Source: Balanoglossus misakiensis
Lineage: Eukaryota; Animalia; Hemichordata
NCBI GenBank assembly: GCA_040954595.2
Contig: CM082581.2
Location: 13,279,921-13,343,920 of the forward strand
Direction of reading: 5' to 3'
DNA length: 64,000 bases
This document shows, in pieces, positions 49,776 to 64,000 of the stretch (within the stretch, counting starts at the first letter, position 1; every line of letters begins with the position of its first letter). The notes beneath the pieces are model-generated. The model had not been told where the DNA came from and made no database searches. It saw only the letters and a list, made by a program, of their open reading frames with translations. The translations under genes and the position numbers were made by a program.

Positions 49776-52700
49776 CTTTCAAATCTGGGCTTTGGCCGCT
49801 CAATAATTCTCAAACTGCGATTAACTTGGCAACCTGCACCTGTATTGGAACACTACAGCTCCACTGATAGCTGACGCATTGCAATACACAAGACTTGTCG
49901 ACTTCTATATTCGCCCCATTTGCATATGCATCGCCATATGGTAATCAGGTGACCACGTGTACGCTTTTCAAGTCAACAAGACGAAAGTGTCACAACATGA
50001 AAGACAGACACCGACAGAGTGCGCTGTACGTCATTGCTCTCATTCAGTTCAATTCTAATCAATCAAATGATAATTGTTATTTTTCTATGAAACAAGGTTG
50101 TAACCTTCTGCTGAAGTTCCTTGTCATATTTTAATGTACAAATCAATGTGGCCATGCGTGCAGAAAAAGAAAATAACTGGCTTCTGTATTTAGGGGCCTC
50201 AACAATGGAGGCAGTGAATCCTCAACTACATGTAAACTAATTCAATGCTGTTGTTTGTAAGGCTTTAATGATTTACTGAATTTCCCTAAAACCCCCACCC
50301 CATTATCTCATCGTTTTTGGGGTCAAATTTTACATAATTGACCGATTGTTACCAATGGATAGTGGAAAACAGTTGTCAAATTGTGGCTTTGGGTCAACCA
50401 GAGTGTACAATGTGAGTGCATATTTTGAAATTATGTACAGGATGGTTATTAAATATGTCAAATACAATAATCCATTTGCCATAATTTTCAATGAAAATTG
50501 CTATATAGCATGTCTGCCATGTTTGCTGACAACACAAGAAAGCTATTATAGATAGTTAAATATTTATTCGTAAATATTTTTAAAAGACTATCGTTGTGAC
50601 TGAGCCCATGTCCAAATGGCATACAAATTGACTTTGTAAACACAGATATATTGACTGCAAAATAAATACATCAATTAGAATGGTAACACAGTTTTGTGAG
50701 GTGGCGTACACGACCACTCAGAGTTTGAACAGACCAGCACCAATTAAATGACGCAGCTAACAATGGTGGAATGACCCATACTAATTATCTCGCAACATAA
50801 CATGCAGTTCAAAATTACCATCAAGTGACGATTACGAACTTACCAAGGTAATGGTATTTGTATAAAAATACATGTACCAGTATGTAGTTACAACTGTATT
50901 ATTGAAAAATATTAACAGTTGCTGACATATTTTTGTGAGAATGAAATTTATGATATTAACAGAAGTGAAATTCATAGCTTTTGGATAATATTAAAATTAC
51001 CACATCAACATTAATGTGAGTATTGATATTATTAATTCAATGGATCATTTGAATAGCCGTCATCATTATCAATACATACATAACTGATCCACAAAGTACA
51101 GGGCACATAATTGCTTTTTTTCGCACTTAAGGTTCATATTTATTTCATGTCAGTGCAAAAGAAAAGGGGAATAAGTTGACTGACATATCACGGTATTGTA
51201 CACGGGACATTTAATATATGAGAGACAATCAGCCATGAACAAACAAAGTCCTACTGTTGCATCAATCAACAGGTTGCCTCTCACATCATCATGATCATGC
51301 TAGCACCCGACAACGGGCGTTGTAAATTTCTGTTGTTCCTGTCTGGCAAACATTCGGGGAAGGTCATTACCACAGTCACAATCCTTTAACCACATCGAGT
51401 TATCTGTAATATAGGAGCTTGCTTTCCCTCACTTTTTGGACTGAACCAACAAATTCACGGGCAGCATTTTGCTCAACGGTGGCACTTTTGTGCTAACTAG
51501 CTATAAGCTGTCAGATTTTTTTTCATATTTCTGTGAACCACATAAAAAATAATATTCACCTGAATGATGTGGTCGGTACTGCCTAGAACTCAGCCTCCTG
51601 ACGAGGGTATGGACCATACCAGCCATTGCGATGTCGATGTCCCGCAAAGCGCTAGTGGTCGGTGTTGGTGTGACTGAACAACTGTTGGTGTATGGCTAAT
51701 CAAAAATCCACCTCATTCAGATTGCTTCATATTTATAATCTATAATTAGCATACATTTTCCATATTTCTCAATTAGTGGCTGTCTGTGTACACATCTGAA
51801 GGTCACCCAATCATACATAGAAAGTTGAATATGTATCCAGTTGACAAGGATGATGATTATGTCACTCTTTTAGTAAGTATACACTCTGATAATTTACAGT
51901 GTATCTTGTAATATTGACTCTAATAATTTATATCAAAACAGGGAACTGCTTCGTGTCAACGGAAATTTGGGTGATTTCAGTGATGGAAAACAACACAATG
52001 GTATGTTTGGAGTGACCTGTTCATCAACCAGCAAATATCACAGATGTATATAAATAAAACCCAAGCAAAAACAGCAATCTCACCCAGCTATTTAGGTCAC
52101 ATCATGGTCTTCCTACACATCCAGGTAATTCTCTCAATTATTAATCGTTGTCCACCTCAGGGACAGATTATCAGAAAAATGATAATCCTTCACACATTTC
52201 AATTCTTTGCTATATCAAGGAATCTTTTAAATAGCAAACAAAGAAGAAAACAGGTCTTCACTGTTTTGTATGGAAAAAAAAATCAATACCAGTAGCACTT
52301 TAATTTTCTTTATAGAGAGATTTTGAATTTCAAACTTGAGACAATTTAGCTCTCCCATTCAAAATTTTGAATAATGACCTCAAATTTTTATTGTCAGTTT
52401 AAAACAATGATCTAAAGTTGCCCTGAGCAAAATATGAGAAAAAGTTTAAGACTTTGCTTTTCGATGTGCATACTACCTTAAGCCGATATTCATCATGTTA
52501 TTTATGGAGGTAATCTATTTGTTGAACAGAACGGGTTTGAAGTACGTCATTCCATGGTTAGCAGACCTGTGGCAGTGAATGGTACAAGTATCTGGTAGGT
52601 CGATTTTCAAAATGTTGCCATAGCAATACGCTGCTGCCTATCTTTACACCCGTCATAAATTTTGTCATAAATATAGTTGCCTTGGTAGAAACCAAAGTAT

Positions 52701-55700
52701 TTCAGATGTAGAATGCGGTAAACATGAAATATCGCCCATTTCATTTTGAAGCCAGCTTATTTACATTAGGCCATCGTTTGTTTCAGTGTAAAATCAAACA
52801 TCAATGCAAATGACCGATTTCTGCACAAGTATAACAGAAGGTTCATTTTCAATATAGTTGCCTAACACCTTTTATATTGGAGTTAACATACATAGCTTTT
52901 GGTAACAGTTATCGAGAAAAAAACATTGAAAAAAGAGGGTCAAAAATAAAGTGGTCCAAGAAACGAACGGAAGCACTTCACTCTATTGTGTGGGGGCGCT
53001 CTTCAAAATATCTGTCACATCTGAGACATCTCTCTGAGCAATTACTCCAATTTGATCATTAATCAATTTTCACAATCCACAGTTCGATTAGCCAGTGGCA
53101 TCATTGGCATGCAGGCTAGCGATTTCCAAAATACCAACAATGGTTTGCATACAGCGCTAGTTTTCAAAGAGATCACAGTTTCAGATCACAATCCTTCGTG
53201 TCTAGCTCCACATAGTCTCTGTGTAAGACAAAACCTCTGCTTGTCAGTGAAATGCAGAGAAAAAAACTTTAAAATCCCCAGAGATATTCAGTATTTGTTT
53301 AAACTGTATAGACATATCTACTATATCAATGTTTGCAGTGAAATTGATATTCAGTTTTATTCAGTTGAAAAATCTCTTATAAATAAAATCTATTTTTCTA
53401 TAATAGAAGAGGAGGATTATGGAATGTGCAAACTTCTGATTTCACACAAACACAGGTTGAGACAACTGTCAAACATAAAAGATTACACTTAACAGTTATT
53501 TTTTAAAACACAAACAAGAAGCAAAACTGTAAAAATTGCAGCAAGAAAACCAACACAGAAGCAGCAGGTCCAACAACCTTGACAGGACTTGATGCAGCTG
53601 TAGCTCTTGTTTAAATAGTCTGCATAACTTGCTCATTCTCTCAAGCGAAACAAAAGTTTCCATCATACCATAAATGTTAGCACGTTTTGTTTCATACTTT
53701 GCAAGTAAAGAGCTGTGTGTGTGGAGGAGGAGGGGGTGGGGTGGATTCAACTGTCTTGAAAAACCTTATTCTTAGCCTTCTAAGGCAATGATGATAAAAA
53801 ATGTGTAATTTGAATCATGGGAATATGTGATCAGAGAGAAAAATTTTCATTTGCAAGTCAAAATAGGCCTATTCATTTCCCTAATGAAATCAGCTTCCCA
53901 TGATAATTGTCCACGTGCGTTTCAATCTGGGTAAGTATGCCACTTCAATTAATTTGAATAAAAATATGGTTTAACTGGCAGGCTCGCACTCACTTCTAAT
54001 AATTGTCAGTAAATCAGAAAACAGTAAAAAGCACTTTGCCAAGAACGTGTCATAAAAGGAACTTCCGTCGTTTAGCAGACTTGTCTGTCATCTGAAAATG
54101 ACTATGCTGGCTTGGATCTCCAGAATGAATTTCTACCAATGAGGAAATGTTTCCATATCTCAGGCAATGCAGTCACATCGTGTCACCTTATCAGCGTACA
54201 GCAGGGAGACAGTTCTCTGAAAATGCTGGGTCCATTTTTCATTCGCAGACTACAGAAGCAAGATTATTAAGATTGACAAATAGATATCACTGTTCAGCTG
54301 GGAATCTCTGAATTGACATACATTTTATATCAAGGATGGGGGAGGAGCAGGGTCCAGACAAAAATTATGAATGACATTTAAAGTCTGCAGCCTTTTCCCG
54401 TGCTATCTGATAGAACATTATGATGTCATGTATCGACGTCATGTGTCAAGATACGGAGCTAAAATATTGAGTGCATGCAGCTATAAACTTAGCTCAGCAA
54501 GACCCTGGTATATATTAAATCAGTCTGGATGTCTTTTTTTAGATGAACAAAGATCATCAAGAAGCTAACTGTGCAGTTGCGTTGAGAAATATCTTGAGAA
54601 ATCCTTGAGATATTGGCAATACGGCCAGACCCTGACATGCCTGCAATTTTCTGGGCCGTCTGGAATGTACACCGAGAGGCAATTCCTTTCACTTCTTGTC
54701 TTATTTGAGTGAATAGTCGAGTGTTGTATACATGCCATCGTACTGAGAGAGCCCCGTTTTAGTAGAGTCAAAGTGTAAACACACACAGGCACAAAACTGA
54801 CAGTTTGCATTATTGATCGTTTCCTAAAGATTCCGGCGACAGACAAGTGTTTTTTATTGACCTGGCAGACATGACGCAAGTTCTTAAGTATACAAGCTTC
54901 CCTGTCCCTGATATTGCTGCCCTAATCTAATATAGTGCTGTTCAAATCACTTGCAAAATTTTAAGTAGGACCTGTGTCCGGATGGTACCTGATTCGGAGA
55001 TGGCCAAATCAACAGTGTTTGCTGTCACCCTTGACCCATGCACATCTCATAATAACAAGTCTCGACTGGTAACTATCGACTCTGCCTATGCAATGGCATC
55101 AATTTGATTATCTGAGTTCGATTTCATGCGCAAACTCCCGCTACAGACTTCTAGAATTATAACCATCAGATCTGAGTATGATTTTCATACACTTTCCAGT
55201 TGCAAGAAATATTATCCTTTGAATGTACTATAAGTATCACAATACACCTATACGTGTTCAAAAAGAAAACATGTTGATTGATTGCAAACGTGTTGCTAAA
55301 AGTAGAATCAGGTACACTATCAGATACTAACCTCCATTACAAGCTGGTGTTGCATTTGTTTGCATAACTATCAGGTTGTGAGTCGAACTATATGCTGGAC
55401 TTTTTTTCTGTAACAATGTGATCTGCAATAATGAGTAAAGTACCATGACGTAATGACTGCCTGCATAGCTTACCTTTTAATATGCATGCACTTTACCAAC
55501 ATGAAACATTAACTTTAACTGCCAGATTTTAATTTAGCTGGATGTGAAACCAACCCACTATTCAAACAGTAATGTAATGAGCTAATGTGAAAAAAGAGTG
55601 ATGATGATATACTCACCATCAACTTAAATTAGCTTCCAAGACACGCAAGCAAAAATTACACACCATGCATTTTTTCAATATATCTTTTTAAGCTTGGCTG

Positions 55701-58019
55701 CTTCAAAGTTATTATCCAACGACAAACATGCAACCGCAAGTCTCAAGAGTATCTTCGATCTGATTACTGAAGGCCTGAGACAACCATTCTGGTTCATTAA
55801 TACCAACGTTTCTCATCTACCGGTACACTGTTCTTCATAACTTGGAGAAGTTCTTCCTAAGTGTCCTAATTTTTCAAGGTTCAATTCTTGCTGCATAAAA
55901 TGAATGGGGTTCATCAAGCGACCTACTTGATGGGAAAAAATCCACTGAATTATCATGCAAGTCATACTTTTAACAATTGCTCAGCTCGACTTTTGAGTGA
56001 TGATTGCGATGCGAAATGTGACGTGATGCGTGTGATGAATATGTTAGCATTAGAGTGGAAATTATACATATGTAGGGTCACTTTTCAAGAGTAAAGTCTG
56101 TCTTGTACTACATAAACATTTACCTGCTTCTCCTGAACAAGTTTTGTGTTCTGAGATGAGGCAGGGCCGTGTCAGGCTTACGTGTGAGCCAGAGTTCTGA
56201 TTTTATGGTTGCAAACTTAGCTCTTAATTCCATCACAAGGAAACATGTCGGTCAGCTTCACTTTTGACCCTGTGTTTTTATATGACAGACAAAAAATGCA
56301 TCCAGAAGGTGAAATGTATCATGATCCGTAATGACAGAGCAGGCAGTCGTATTATCCGACTATAATGGTCCCATTCTGGTGAGGAAAGAGCTCAACAGCT
56401 CATTACTGACTGGCAGAGTTGACAGACACCAGCCATGTTGATGGGAAAAAGGGGATACTGACGGATATACACGTCTCATGCCCTCTTGTGAGATCATAAA
56501 GACCTAACAACATGCATGGACACACACTGACTATCAAGCCATTATATGCTTTATGGGAAATCAACCATTACATTCAGTTCAGAACTTCATAATTTAGATT
56601 CCTTGATTTTTTTAAGTTAATTCACAGATCACAACTGTGTTTGGCAACAGTCAGATCATGAAACAATCAATGATACTGGATATATAATGATTCAGAATTA
56701 ATTGGCACTCAGGAAAGACACTGCCCAATGCTGCAAAGTTTTAACGGAGAAGTGTTCTCACAGATATTGTCTGACAGTATAGATACACTAGAATTTATGA
56801 TCAAATTTATAGTTCGTGTGGGTGTGTGCAGCAGATCTGAAAACCAAGCATATTCAGAGAACAGAACATGACACATATATAAACGACCCAATAATCCTCG
56901 TAAAGATGGCAATTTAGTCTTTCAAACTTAATCCCATAGCTTAACAGCATTAAAACTTTACTAGATATTTCAAGCCTTTAATGGTAAGCATTTTTCATAT
57001 TTCATAAATTATTCATTGCCAATATTTTTTTTCACTTTCAAACAGCTCACATTTGTCGTCGTCGTCATCGCCTATGCTGCATTAATTTTTCATTTAATAT
57101 CCTGTCCTCTGATTATACTTAGCGATGTTTGTTAAAAATAAAACTACGCAAGGAAAGTATCATATTGTGTTATACGTTATGAAATATTTATTATATTAAT
57201 TCTGCAGCATGGTACTTAGTTAAGGGAGAGTAGCAATGGTTGAATACATTCGGGTGTACCATCACATAAGAGCATTGAACGCTGGAAATACAATATCCTG
57301 AGCACTGAGGAAACACTTTAAAGAAAAGAACTCAAATTTCAGATAGACAATTAATAGACAAATACTGGTATCTAGGCTGTACGTTGCAAAATGTTTTCAG
57401 AGGGAAGTGAATGTGGATAAATGGAACAGACAGTGACATGTTTGCACATAAATGAATCCAGGAGATAGCCGTGTGAATTCTTTTCTGACCAAGATTTTTG
57501 ACGAGAACACTCTTGTCGTACATGCAGTTCACTGACAGTGAACTCAATTCATCTGAATAGCTGACATTTTTTGTTATTTATACGGAATATAATCCTATAA
57601 AACGCATCATCCTGCCAAAGGAATGTTACTTCTCAAAGCACACCACGATCTGTACCAACTTTATGAGCGAAACACATCGAGAAACGCTCCATGGGTCCTA
57701 CTTGAACTTTGTCACAGGTCGGAGCATTTGGGAAGAAAATTGACAGAAAGGGGGCCAATCATGGGACAGAAACAGAAATTTAGCATGGGTACTTATTATT
57801 TTATTAATCTATAAATGAGGTTTTCTATTGGCACTTGGCATGCTTGTCATGAACCAGTTCCACATGAAGTGTAGAGAGATTACCAGTGCCATGGAATGAG
57901 GCCGAGTGTTACCACCTAGACTGGTAATCACGATTTGATTTATGGAAAGTTCAGTGCACTGTTTTACCTCTGAGCATGTCTCAATTATCAAGACTTCTTT
58001 CATCATTCTATACTGTAAT

Positions 58020-58040
58020 TCTCTCTCTCTCTCTCTCTCA

Positions 58041-58071
<31 letters not shown>
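58020..58071. repeat. Compound (CT)n/(CTGT)n microsatellite
   Basis: Directly visible. Confidence 0.9.
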
Positions 58072-60606
58072 CATACTGTTGAGGTTTTCTTATACCTGAG
58101 AAAATATAGTTCACTTCTACATTTTGCAAGCTACCATTTATTTCATTTTTGAAAAGCATACCTACTAGATTATTCAGTTTTTATGAGAGTTTTTTTTTCT
58201 TCTGAACTTTTTAAATGTCATTTCCCTGCAACAGAAATAAGACCCGCATATTTTTAGCCACAATACATTATGTAATCACACGATCATCACTATCAATCAT
58301 TCATTTGAATTTTAATATGGCAACCATGCATGGATCTGTGTGCTCAGTTGATGACATTATTCCAAATCCTCTTAGATGGCCAAAAGATCAGATGACATCA
58401 GCAATTCCGGCTTACCCATCAGTACGTTGCCAACAAAAACAGACAAGAACACCCAGCACAATAATGATATTATTCATCTGCATTTTAATCATGAATTTAG
58501 TCGTAAAATTTGCCAAGTCAGCATTATAGAGAAAGTCAACATGGTCAGTTTGCAGCCTCTTCCAAGTACATTGTCATACCTTGATAGTTTCTACACAAAT
58601 ATAATCATTATTGCTCATTATATACTAATTCGTGCGACTGATGATTTTTCCGAGCTGTATCCAACAACTCAACTGCCAGTAAGAGTCGAGTCCATGAATC
58701 ATTAATTCATGCAAACAGGCATACTTTATGCAAATCACATCACCCAACCCTTATCATTCTTGTCATTTAAAAAAACAAACACATTGTACAAAATATGACT
58801 CCAATCAGAGATATCTTTTTGTCAGAGACACAAAGACAGACAAACACACAGAAATCAGAATGACATTAGCTCCCTTGTGTGAAAACAGGAGCTAAAAACT
58901 ATGCAACATAACCTTCTGCTAGGGTCAGAGGTCGCAGAGCGCCCCCAAACACCTGAATCTTTCAGTCAACCTTCAGCCTGTCTGTATCATACATGCATCA
59001 GAAGAATTATAATGATTATTTTTGGTTCCCTGGTAATTATCTTTTCTGTGATATTGCAGCATAAGCTTTCAACAAACAGAATAAAGCAGGATTGAGCAGA
59101 ACTTGAATTTTCTATAAGCGCTAATACTTGCATTGAAGATGACAATGTAACCATGTTGATCTTCAGTGCAATATACACTAGAGTTTGGCAGCTATTTCAG
59201 ATCAACTGAATGTTACTGTAGGGTAAATGTGTTACTCTAATCTATTTCAGGTGACATGTCTTAGAAGTTGACGCATGCTGGCAGTCGTGGTTAGATGTTG
59301 AACAAGAATGAGGCTGGATGGGTAAGTATTTTTAATGAATATTTATCAAAAGAGCTATTCCACACAGATTTTCCTGCCTGTGCCTTTCAAATTCATTTCA
59401 ATCAGCTTTTTAAGTCCCTGTAGGGTGGTACCTGTCACTAACAATCTCATGCTGATTTCAGCTGAAGTGACATTTTTGTTACTCACACAGTACAATGTAT
59501 CAATTTAGAGCATATATCACAAAACAATCAGCAGCCATATTGGATCACATTGCACAACAGGAATTGACGGGTATACATCATAGTGCACTGTTCTTGCAAA
59601 AGTTCAGGGAGCAAATGCCTGAATAATGACTCCAGACATGTAAACTCATATAAAAATGGTTGCCTGGCAGCCATAATGATATGGAATAATACTGTTCAAT
59701 AACTCATATGTATAAACCATATTGTTCATGTACCAATTTCAATGAATCTGGCATGTCTGAGTGATGGGTATATACCAGTGAAACGGAAAAGAAGTTTCCC
59801 AACTGACCCATCCTATAAAGTTCCATATCATCAGCATCAAAATTATATATTCAAATCACCTGTGACCTTGCTACAAAGTGCATCAGACATTCACTGCGCT
59901 CACCACAAAAAAATCAACAATTTCAATCATTACTTCAGCCATCATCTTTAAATTATCCTCCAACCTACTTAGACATTCTACAGAGAGTTCAGCCCTCGAT
60001 CTTATCTCGCCGAAAAGCCAAATTCCTCAAAAATTGAGAGACGAATCTCCCTTTGCCACTGTGGCAGAATGATGGATGGTCGGCTTAATTGATTCCATGC
60101 AATTCCATCTTTGTACATGATCAGATTCCCAGGCATCTATCTCTGGGAACTTGAAAATAGACTGATTTCCTGGAATACATTTAACGAAGAGTATATTATT
60201 GCTCATTTCGATCAAACCACATCACCAAAGTGTTTAGCATATCTACCGATTACAACTAATCAGACAAATGCAATTTTTCTCTTTGCAAGTCAGTACAGCA
60301 AGGGCACATGTATATGCATTTCTGATAGGTCCATCAAAGATGAAATTGTGACAATTTTCTCAGATCATTCAGGGGGTATCCCTATGGGTATCTCTATCCT
60401 AGCAAACAGATAAATGTAGACTTGAATCCAGATATTTTATCAAAGCACTCACTCATGTGGCAAAGGAGTTGTAAAGTTTAACTTCAAGACTATCACAGAT
60501 ATACCGGTAGATAGTTTGTAAGTCACCACAAAACAACCTGCAAAGATTTACAGTGACCCCTTTGCCAATATTCTTCTTCTCAGTGATCAAGTTTGTGATA
60601 CGCTTC

Positions 60607-60631
60607 AGAGAGAGAGAGAGAGAGAGAGAGA
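60607..60631. repeat. (AG)n microsatellite
   Basis: Directly visible, about 12 units. Confidence 0.9.
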
Positions 60632-62929
60632 TAGACACTTGAAAGACTACTTGGACTCACTTTCAAAAGATACTTGCCGGCTGCACATACCTGTTTATAC
60701 AAAAATCCCACCTTCATACATATTTAGTTTTTGGCAATATTTCAACTGAACAGATTACCACAGCTCTCAATCATTTTTCATTAAAAGGCGAAACAAAGCC
60801 CAGGAAATTTGAACATATCTGAGCCCAGTGAAGTACAAATTTGCCTATCGGCAAATCAATTTCACATCAATTACCTTGTTTCTACTCAAAAAATAATCTA
60901 ATGCATTGAGTAAACGAAGGGCTGTCTGTAATATCTATACCATCAAGAGGCCCCTGTTTTTTGGCTTACCATAGTCGCATCATCTTGGGAAGGATTTTTT
61001 ATGTATCTTCCAAAATTAAAAATCCACTGCTATATTTAATGTAGTGTGACATCATAATAATTCAAAATGCTACCTAAATTACATGGGCACCATTTATCCT
61101 AAATATACACACAATACTATTATATAAATATACTGGTAGGTGTTCATGTCGATTAATGGCATAAATACATGTGAGCAGACACACAAACATACATAATCTA
61201 GAAGTGTACAATGCTGCAAAATGTTCTTCCCCATATTTGTAATAGACCAGTAAAATTTCTATCACAGTTATACCACTGCGAGTTGTTACGTACTCATAAT
61301 TCAGGAAACTATAGAAATTATATTTTCCCTGTAAGATTTTATCACATCTTCAGATTACCGGTATTTGATATTTTATGACTGAATAAAGTACAAAAAGAGA
61401 TAATTCCATTTAGGATTGCTTAATAAATATTGCAGACCTGAAATTGTGTATTGAATTGAAACTCAAATATTTCTTTTTCTACATGTGCCATTTTTAATTC
61501 TCAGTTTACTTCTCCCTGAAACAAATACAACGAAAGTCACTGCAATAAATTCTGCAAGCTGTGAACAAAAAATAAAAAAACACCAACATGATGTGAATGA
61601 ACTTTTCTGCCCAGAAATTATGCATAATACTATTACTATATAATGCAAGTGGTCCATATGTGTAGGCACCATGACAGCTGTGAGGTACATTTATGCATTC
61701 TCACCTGTCAACATACATTGATTTCTATCTATCCTCAGCATCATAAAATATTAAAATTAAAATATTTTATACTTTGAAATTTCCATGCCACAGATAATGT
61801 CAGTTGAGTCCTTTTATTCATAAAAAAATACAGCAAAAATCAGATTTGACTAAAACTCACATTCTCCTGGTCTCACTACAGATTTATTCAAAATATCACA
61901 TTTTCTAAAAAATATTAAGCTCTTGGCATAAAATGCTATCTCTTCCCCAAACATCTTCAATTTAATATACAGTTTCTGTCAAAAGAATAATTTGTATGTC
62001 ACATTTGGTCTGTGATGGACTTAATAAAAAAGATCATTATTATATTTAATATATTTATATCACTGTATTAAAACGAAGACTAGGCGACTGTTGAAACAGG
62101 AATTAAACTTAAATGCTTACAAAAACTAGTATGCCTGACTGCTTGTCAAATGTCAAAATCGTGCATAAAGATTAATTACTTAATCCCCCCATTTTGTTGA
62201 ACAGATAGATAACACTTCCTACATAATATTTCCAGATAGGATACACCCAAGTTTATTTTATCATTTGATTAGCATGCAAACGATGAATAGAAACTAGACG
62301 TGGGTGTGATGTATTTTTGTGCCACTAATATCATATCTCTGTGTCATATAATTATATTCAAATTGGCAAACCTGGGTAGAAGGCTCTGTTGAAACTGCCA
62401 TTTTCTATTCTAAGCATCATTACATCCACTGACATAATACAAATGAAGCTGGTCGCCCACTAATTACCCATCCTCATGAATAAAAAGCAACCATTTCATT
62501 TCCATTTTATTTAAATCGACGATAATCCTAACAACGGCATGGCTGCCGTATTCACTTGGTAATCATACAGCAAGTCCTTTTCCATGCTGACTCAATATCA
62601 GAGGCCAGGCTTGATAACATCAATAAAATATACATTAGAAATTAAACAGGATTGTGTTATCAGTAGATGGGTTACACTTCACTTATGAAAGAGCTCTCAA
62701 CTGATGAATTGACCAGAAAAGAACCACTGATGTAGTACAAGAATTGTTTATTGATCTCCACTGCAAGTCAGCGTGGAAATGCATTTTGCAGCTTCCAAAT
62801 GGCAGGGCATTTAATAACAACAAAGCTTTCCATGAGAGGCCATCAGTGAGGAAATTCTACCATCCACTGGATGACCATGTCCCACAAAAGGACTAAAATT
62901 CACACACGGATAGGCTTACAAAATAGCCG

Positions 62930-64000
62930 AGATGTTTGGCCGGCATAATTGGCTAGAGTCTGACACTTATAATGATTTCGAATATCCCCCCCCCCCCCCC
63001 CCCCCGAATAATATTTATATCTGCCAAGAGGCACAACCGCCCTATTGTTAACACAGGTACTAGGTATAAGGTTGGGACAATAAAGAAGGTCGTTACCAGC
63101 CGAATAAAAATACCAGGCCGCGGTTTTAAGACTCGTACACGAGGAAAATAATCCCCATCAGCTATCTCCCCGTAAAATAACAACAACCACACTTATAGAA
63201 CCCATCATATGCCAAAATTAAAGGCGCACGCCATTATGCAAATCCCTATCCACTGACTAACTGAGATCATGTTCATTTCACACTCGTATTACTCAAGGTT
63301 GTGACGAACAACTCGACAGTACTACACACATACATTACGGACGCATTACGGGATAAAAGGAAAAGTCGTACACTTATGAGACAAGAGGTGTCTATTTATT
63401 TCAATGCCAAGGAAACATAAATTACGAGGTGCACTACGGTAGGAGGGACCCCCACTACCATAACACAGAACAAGTATTTTAAGAAAAAATCCATATCGTG
63501 AATCGATCGGACGCGTTTCATTCAAATACAGCATTAAAGATTGAAATCGTTTGTTCAACTTCCAGTTGTCGACTGTGTGTAGCACGGTAGCTTTGCAAAA
63601 CATCGCAACAACAGTAATTGTGACAGTCAACGTTGATCAGCCATACGAGGAATGTCCCCATTCTTGTCGAGATGTACATTACATTATTTGCCGCGCTCTC
63701 ACCCTGATATAGCCAATAAATAGCTGCCGTATAAGATCTCCAAGCCAAGGAGTTGAACAAGTCGCGTATTTCGCTGTCGAAAGATATCTGTCTATCGAAA
63801 GAAGCAGACAGGTCAGACCCAGACTGTTGTGTTGACGCTCGTTTGATCAAGGATACCGTTGCCGGCGATTTACATCATGATACGCGCGTCATATATATAA
63901 TATAGCGCGCGTTGAGCGTCTCTTTTGTATTAAAGCTCCGTGTGTTCATTATGTTACGGAGAGGAGACCGTCAGATGATGATAGCAAAGTCTTTGTCTCT
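62930..64000. promoter_or_regulatory. CpG-rich, promoter-like region (possible distal KChIP promoter or 5' UTR)
   Basis: CpG is visibly more frequent than in the preceding ~12 kb. A TATA-like ATATATATAATATA at 63891-63904 is flanked by CGCGCG tracts. No convincing coding exon. Confidence 0.35.
62986..63005. repeat. C20 homopolymer (G20 on the minus strand)
   Basis: Directly visible. A shorter C run lies at about 38068-38083. Confidence 0.9.

Noticed and set aside
53496-53750. Minus-strand ORF containing METFVSLERMSK, faintly like the KChIP1 N-terminus
   Set aside because: The similarity is too short and I found no phase-1 donor.
59480-59760. Probable decayed interspersed repeat (two GCAGCCATA motifs); a similar lone end ...CATACTACCTTAA lies near 52480
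   Set aside because: Boundaries and partner termini cannot be established from this window alone.
63518-63850. 110-aa minus-strand ORF in the CpG-rich end region
   Set aside because: Starts at TTG with an in-frame stop shortly upstream. No recognisable homology or splice link; more likely UTR or promoter.

Overview
AT-rich, intron-containing animal genomic DNA (GT-AG introns; probably a marine invertebrate deuterostome, which is an inference). I assembled four spliced genes by hand from splice sites and reading phase. (1) LRP2BP-like Sel1-repeat protein, + strand, 508-2441, 6 coding exons, 348 aa. (2) SPEF1, - strand, 8973-5742, convergent with LRP2BP, with two candidate microexons. (3) An unrecognised 203-aa secreted, probably GPI-anchored protein, - strand, 14720-12213, built around one GC-rich phase 1-1 domain exon. 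(4) A large KChIP/KCNIP neuronal calcium sensor gene, - strand, 49775-20737, with 7 core exons, a candidate start exon and a candidate Cys-rich cassette exon. The long 621-880 aa ORFs at 24.6-27.4 kb are a by-product of 106 indel-free copies of a 25-bp quasi-palindromic unit. That array fills a 2,984-bp non-autonomous DNA transposon (CAC...GTG termini, imperfect TIRs, TA duplication) in a KChIP intron. Also present are TTAA-flanked MITEs, microsatellites and several candidate regulatory motif clusters. Nearly all other ORFs in the supplied track look like noise. I found no prokaryotic-type system, CRISPR array or RNA gene.
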